Below, piece by piece: positions 7,606 to 10,820 of a DNA stretch of 10,820 nt (positions are counted from its first letter, which is position 1; the number at the start of each line of letters is the position of its first letter). A program made the position numbers and the translations under genes. Origin of the DNA: Promethearchaeota archaeon (GTDB taxonomy: Archaea > Asgardarchaeota > Lokiarchaeia > Sigyniarchaeales > SOKP01). The notes under the pieces were generated by a model that was not told where the DNA came from, searched no databases, and saw only the letters and a program-made list of their open reading frames with translations. Where the stretch lies: positions 1 through 10,820 of the forward strand of contig JBHLMP010000055.1 in assembly GCA_048938025.1 (NCBI GenBank). Reading direction: 5' to 3'.

Positions 7606-8787
7606 TCATTCTAACATAATTTTAGCACCACAATATCTACACGCTTTGATTTCATTTTTCATTTTTTCTAGACATGGTTCATGATAATAAGAATGACATA
7701 TTTCACATTGATAGACGTTAAAATCTCCTAAGAAGATACTATGGCAATATGAGCAAGATTGATCAATTTTATCTATATTTTCTTCTGGAATTAATATCAT
7801 CCTTGTAGACTGGCTTTCGTTATCTTCTAAAATTTTTATTTTTTGTTCAGTATCAACTTTTTCTTCTAGTAGTTTTATTGTGGATTTTGGCAATTCTAAC
7901 AAAAAAAAACAAAAGGGGCATCGAAATACTTTTTCAGTATATTCCGTTTTTTTTGCCCACATACCAGCACAAGACAGATGCATAGGACTACCACATGATG
8001 TGCAATATCTTCCTTCTGAAAAAAAGTCTAATCCCGTTATGGGAGCTTTAAGTGAATGGCATATTTGACATTTCTGTTGACTTCTATCTTTTCCACTCAT
8101 CATTAAACTAATTTCTAAGACAGTAGGTCTTCTCAAAGGAAGGGCAATTTCACTAATCAAGGGGGGAATTTTATCTTGCTTATCTGGAGAAAAGTAATCT
8201 ATTTCATCTTTTAATTCTTTTTTTGAAGCGTAAGATTTTCCAGCATTTATTAATTCTCTTGAATTATTGAAAAAGCCAAATTTTCCCTTCGTAATCTTAG
8301 TTATTCTTTCTAATATGCTCAATTGGTAATCTTGTGTCACTCCTAATTGGCAAACATCGATATATATTCCCAATCCTTTAGCAATATTAATAATTTGTTC
8401 TATCTTTACAGGATCAATTTGTAATTTGTTATCACTTATTATGAAAATCCTTGGCACTTTACCACTTATTTTTCGCATTTCTTCAATAAGTATTTGCATG
8501 GCAAAAGCTAATCCGTCATGTAAACGTCCTTTACCTGAGATTTGAATTTTTGTCAAAGATTCTATTAATTTATCTGAATTGTAAGCAAAAGAGATTACCT
8601 TTTTTGGAGCTTCCCCGAAAGTCAATATAGAAATCCTATCTTTCAAATCAATTGAAAATTTGGATTGAATGAAATTTTTAGCTGTCTGAAGTTCAACTAT
8701 AAGTCTATTAGGTTTAAAGTCTCTTCTTAACATTGACCTAGAAGTATCAAGAAGAAGGATTGTATCCTCTATTTTAAAGTCCCGCAA
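7606..8787 (-). CDS. vWA domain plus two C4HC3 RING/PHD-like zinc fingers; TFIIH p44/Ssl1-like (Ssl1/Rpn10-type vWA)
   Basis: MIDAS-like LLLDTSRSM, then DFKPNRL and RIFIISD. Finger 1: C240,C243,C262,C265,H270,C273,C290,C293. Finger 2: C345,C348,C361,C364,H369,C372,C383,C386. TTG start; no in-frame ATG before the upstream stop at 8839-8841. Confidence 0.85.
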   Translation of the reverse strand: MRDFKIEDTILLLDTSRSMLRRDFKPNRLIVELQTAKNFIQSKFSIDLKDRISILTFGEAPKKVISFAYNSDKLIESLTKIQISGKGRLHDGLAFAMQILIEEMRKISGKVPRIFIISDNKLQIDPVKIEQIINIAKGLGIYIDVCQLGVTQDYQLSILERITKITKGKFGFFNNSRELINAGKSYASKKELKDEIDYFSPDKQDKIPPLISEIALPLRRPTVLEISLMMSGKDRSQQKCQICHSLKAPITGLDFFSEGRYCTSCGSPMHLSCAGMWAKKTEYTEKVFRCPFCFFLLELPKSTIKLLEEKVDTEQKIKILEDNESQSTRMILIPEENIDKIDQSCSYCHSIFLGDFNVYQCEICHSYYHEPCLEKMKNEIKACRYCGAKIMLE

Positions 8788-8894
8788 ACTTACTCTGCTA
8801 TCATCATTTAAATTAACAATTAATAAATAACAATGACATTATTCTTTAAAAAGATCATTATTAATCTCTCTTAGTTATGTTTCCGTTAATTAGT

Positions 8895-10256
8895 TCATTT
8901 CAAAAATTTATAAGCAAATAATGCATATACTTTAATTGCGTTTATAAAATCTTGAATTCTAATCGATTCATTAGTTGTATGCGCAAGCGTTGCATCACCT
9001 GGACCAAATGCAATAGTTTGGGGGCAGTAATTAGTATTACGGTAATAATTAGCATCTGTGCCTCCAGGTGAAAGTATATAAACCGGTTCTTGTCCATAAA
9101 CCTCTTTTATTACGTTAGCAAAACTTTTTAAATTTTGAGAGTTTTCCCATCCTTCCCAATATGAACTTTCTCCAAAACGATCTACTTCAATGTAGACAAA
9201 GAATTCTTCGGGTTCTCCTATTGGCTTGCTCTTTATTTCATATCCTAACTCATTTTTAATCATTTTTTCAAGGGCATTAATTATCATTTCAATTGACTGC
9301 CCTGGTAATAATCTGAAATCAATGATTGCTTCACATCGATCAGGAATTACATTTTCTTTTATTCCGGCATTAATTATAGTAAAAGATTTTGTGAATTGAG
9401 TCATCGCATTAAAAAGAGTTTGAAGTGCTTTCTGTTCCTTCAAAATTCTTTCAAAAGCTTCTTTGCTTGGGAAAAGTTTGCTAAAAATTACTTTATATTT
9501 ATCATAAGATATCGGTGGGTCTATTTTTGGCATATATTTATCCATTTTATCTAGATTAATTATTATTTCACTCATCATATTAATAGGATTCTTGCTCATA
9601 GAAGGCATCATAGAATGGCCTAAAATACCCTTTGTTATAATCTTTAAGTGAAGGTGTCCTTTTTCGCCGACAAGAATAGCATTACCTAGAGGTTCCATAC
9701 CCGTCATTTCTCCAATAATAACTAAATCGCAATTAATTGATTTTAAATGATTTTCTAAGCACCAGCCTGTTCCTAATTTCCCTCCAGTTTCTTCATCAGC
9801 AACAGCATTGATTATTAGATTTCCAGAAAATTTTATACCCAATTTCTTAAGAATTTTTAAACATATTACCATTGCTGCCAATCCTGCTTTCATATCCACG
9901 ACTCCCCTCCCAAAGATCTTGGATCTTATCTTACTCCCCTTAATAGTAGCAGATAATGGTGGATATTTCCATTCTTCTTCATTTCCTGGAGGTACTACAT
10001 CCATATGTCCATTATAGAGAAGATTTTTTTGATCAAAATTGTCATTTAAGTAAGCTAACAGGTTTGCTCGATTATTTCCAAAAGAAAAAACTTCAGAATC
10101 AATATTGGACTCTTTCAGATATTTTTCTATCTTTAGAGCTATATTTTTCTCATTTCCTGGAGGATTATATGAATCCGTCTGCACTAATTCTCTTAAAAAA
10201 TTAATATATTCCTCTTTATTTTCGTCTATATCTGTTAAAATTAATTTTTCACTCAT
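8895..10256 (-). CDS. M20 family metallo-hydrolase (ArgE/DapE-like deacylase)
   Basis: LLYNGHMDVVP, GRGVVDMKAG, VADEETGG, IIGE, KENVIPDRC...DFR, GGTDA and FGPG...AHTTNE give a complete M20 dinuclear metal ligand set. Substrate cannot be determined. Confidence 0.93.
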   Translation of the reverse strand: MSEKLILTDIDENKEEYINFLRELVQTDSYNPPGNEKNIALKIEKYLKESNIDSEVFSFGNNRANLLAYLNDNFDQKNLLYNGHMDVVPPGNEEEWKYPPLSATIKGSKIRSKIFGRGVVDMKAGLAAMVICLKILKKLGIKFSGNLIINAVADEETGGKLGTGWCLENHLKSINCDLVIIGEMTGMEPLGNAILVGEKGHLHLKIITKGILGHSMMPSMSKNPINMMSEIIINLDKMDKYMPKIDPPISYDKYKVIFSKLFPSKEAFERILKEQKALQTLFNAMTQFTKSFTIINAGIKENVIPDRCEAIIDFRLLPGQSIEMIINALEKMIKNELGYEIKSKPIGEPEEFFVYIEVDRFGESSYWEGWENSQNLKSFANVIKEVYGQEPVYILSPGGTDANYYRNTNYCPQTIAFGPGDATLAHTTNESIRIQDFINAIKVYALFAYKFLK

Positions 10257-10424
10257 TCAAATTCCCTAATTAAGAATAATCATTTAATTGATTTTTAGAG
10301 AAATTATGAAAATTTAAAATATTATGATATATCTTAATTCAAATTAAAAACTTTAAAAAATTTAGGAAATTTTAATATTTTTAATTAATTTAATTATCAA
10401 AAATTAGATATTACAGTTGATTTA

Positions 10425-10820
10425 TTGATTCGACATAAAAAAGAGAAAAAGTATGTCTTTTTCGCGATTTTTTTCATCACGTTAATACTTTTAACAAATT
10501 TACAAATTTTTGCTAGTTTAAATCTAGAAAAAGATAATAATTTTGAGAATAATGAAATAGAAACCTTGCCTTTAAGTAGTGATATAGATGAAACATTCAT
10601 TGGTACTGGAGACGATCAAAATGTTCGGATTTATACAAGTAATACATCTGAAAATACCAATGATAATCAAGAGTATTTTGAAATTCCATCACTCTCTTCG
10701 GAAGAAATGTATCTTACGTATGGAGATTTCAATTTTACATTTCAGAATAATTATACAACAGACTATATTATAGAAGATGATAGTGCCCTTTATGCTAACG
10801 ATTTTATCTCTTATCAATTT
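10425..10820 (+). CDS. 5' part of a secreted/cell-surface protein (signal peptide or N-terminal anchor), truncated by the window edge
   Basis: TTG at 10425 opens a stop-free frame to the window end: MIRHKKEKKYVFFAIFFITLILLTNLQIFASLNLEKDNNFENNEIE...; basic n-region, hydrophobic h-region, then an acidic Asn/Thr-rich region with sequons NTS, NFT and NYT. Confidence 0.85.
   Translation, partial: MIRHKKEKKYVFFAIFFITLILLTNLQIFASLNLEKDNNFENNEIETLPLSSDIDETFIGTGDDQNVRIYTSNTSENTNDNQEYFEIPSLSSEEMYLTYGDFNFTFQNNYTTDYIIEDDSALYANDFISYQF

Noticed and set aside
7880-8068. 62-aa plus-strand ORF
   Set aside because: Antisense to the zinc-finger region of 7606..8787.
9901-9940. ACTCCCCT direct repeat and the GSKI/RSKI peptide duplication in the M20 gene
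   Set aside because: Short and within coding sequence; at most a small loop insertion.
9808-10204. Two short plus-strand ORFs (69 and 82 aa)
   Set aside because: Antisense shadows of the well-supported M20 hydrolase.
10257-10424. Extremely AT-rich spacer considered as a replication origin
   Set aside because: No ORB-like repeats and no adjacent orc1/cdc6. A divergent promoter region explains it.
10397-10773. ORFs 10397..10600 (-) and 10588..10773 (+)
   Set aside because: Both overlap the longer signal-peptide frame starting at 10425, one antisense and one out of frame.
1-10820. tRNA/rRNA genes, CRISPR arrays, IS elements
   Set aside because: Intergenic gaps are short and AT-rich. I saw no GC-rich structured segment, spaced repeats, transposase or terminal inverted repeats.

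Overview
Very AT-rich, gene-dense archaeal DNA. The archaeal/eukaryote-type MetRS, the GGAGGTGA Shine-Dalgarno site, oligo-T terminators, K/I/N-rich proteins and a vWA-RING protein point to an Asgard archaeon (Lokiarchaeia-like); this lineage call is inference. The window holds 8 complete CDSs and 2 edge-truncated CDSs: a polytopic membrane protein with an extracellular beta domain, a HEAT-repeat protein, a stand-alone P-loop/AAA+-like ATPase, an orphan, a highly divergent RtcB-fold protein, methionyl-tRNA synthetase (metG), a vWA plus two-zinc-finger protein, an M20 (ArgE/DapE-like) hydrolase, the start of a secreted/surface protein and the end of an unknown protein. I saw no rRNA, tRNA, CRISPR array or mobile element. 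Three observations stand out. (1) 7606..8787 matches eukaryotic TFIIH p44/Ssl1 over its whole architecture (vWA, central Zn module, C-terminal RING-like domain). (2) 4192..5436 keeps most RtcB catalytic residues in order but has a remodelled metal/GTP site. (3) A second SD plus in-frame GTG inside metG could produce a free Trbp111-like protein. All comparisons with reference proteins are by eye from recalled sequences, not database searches.
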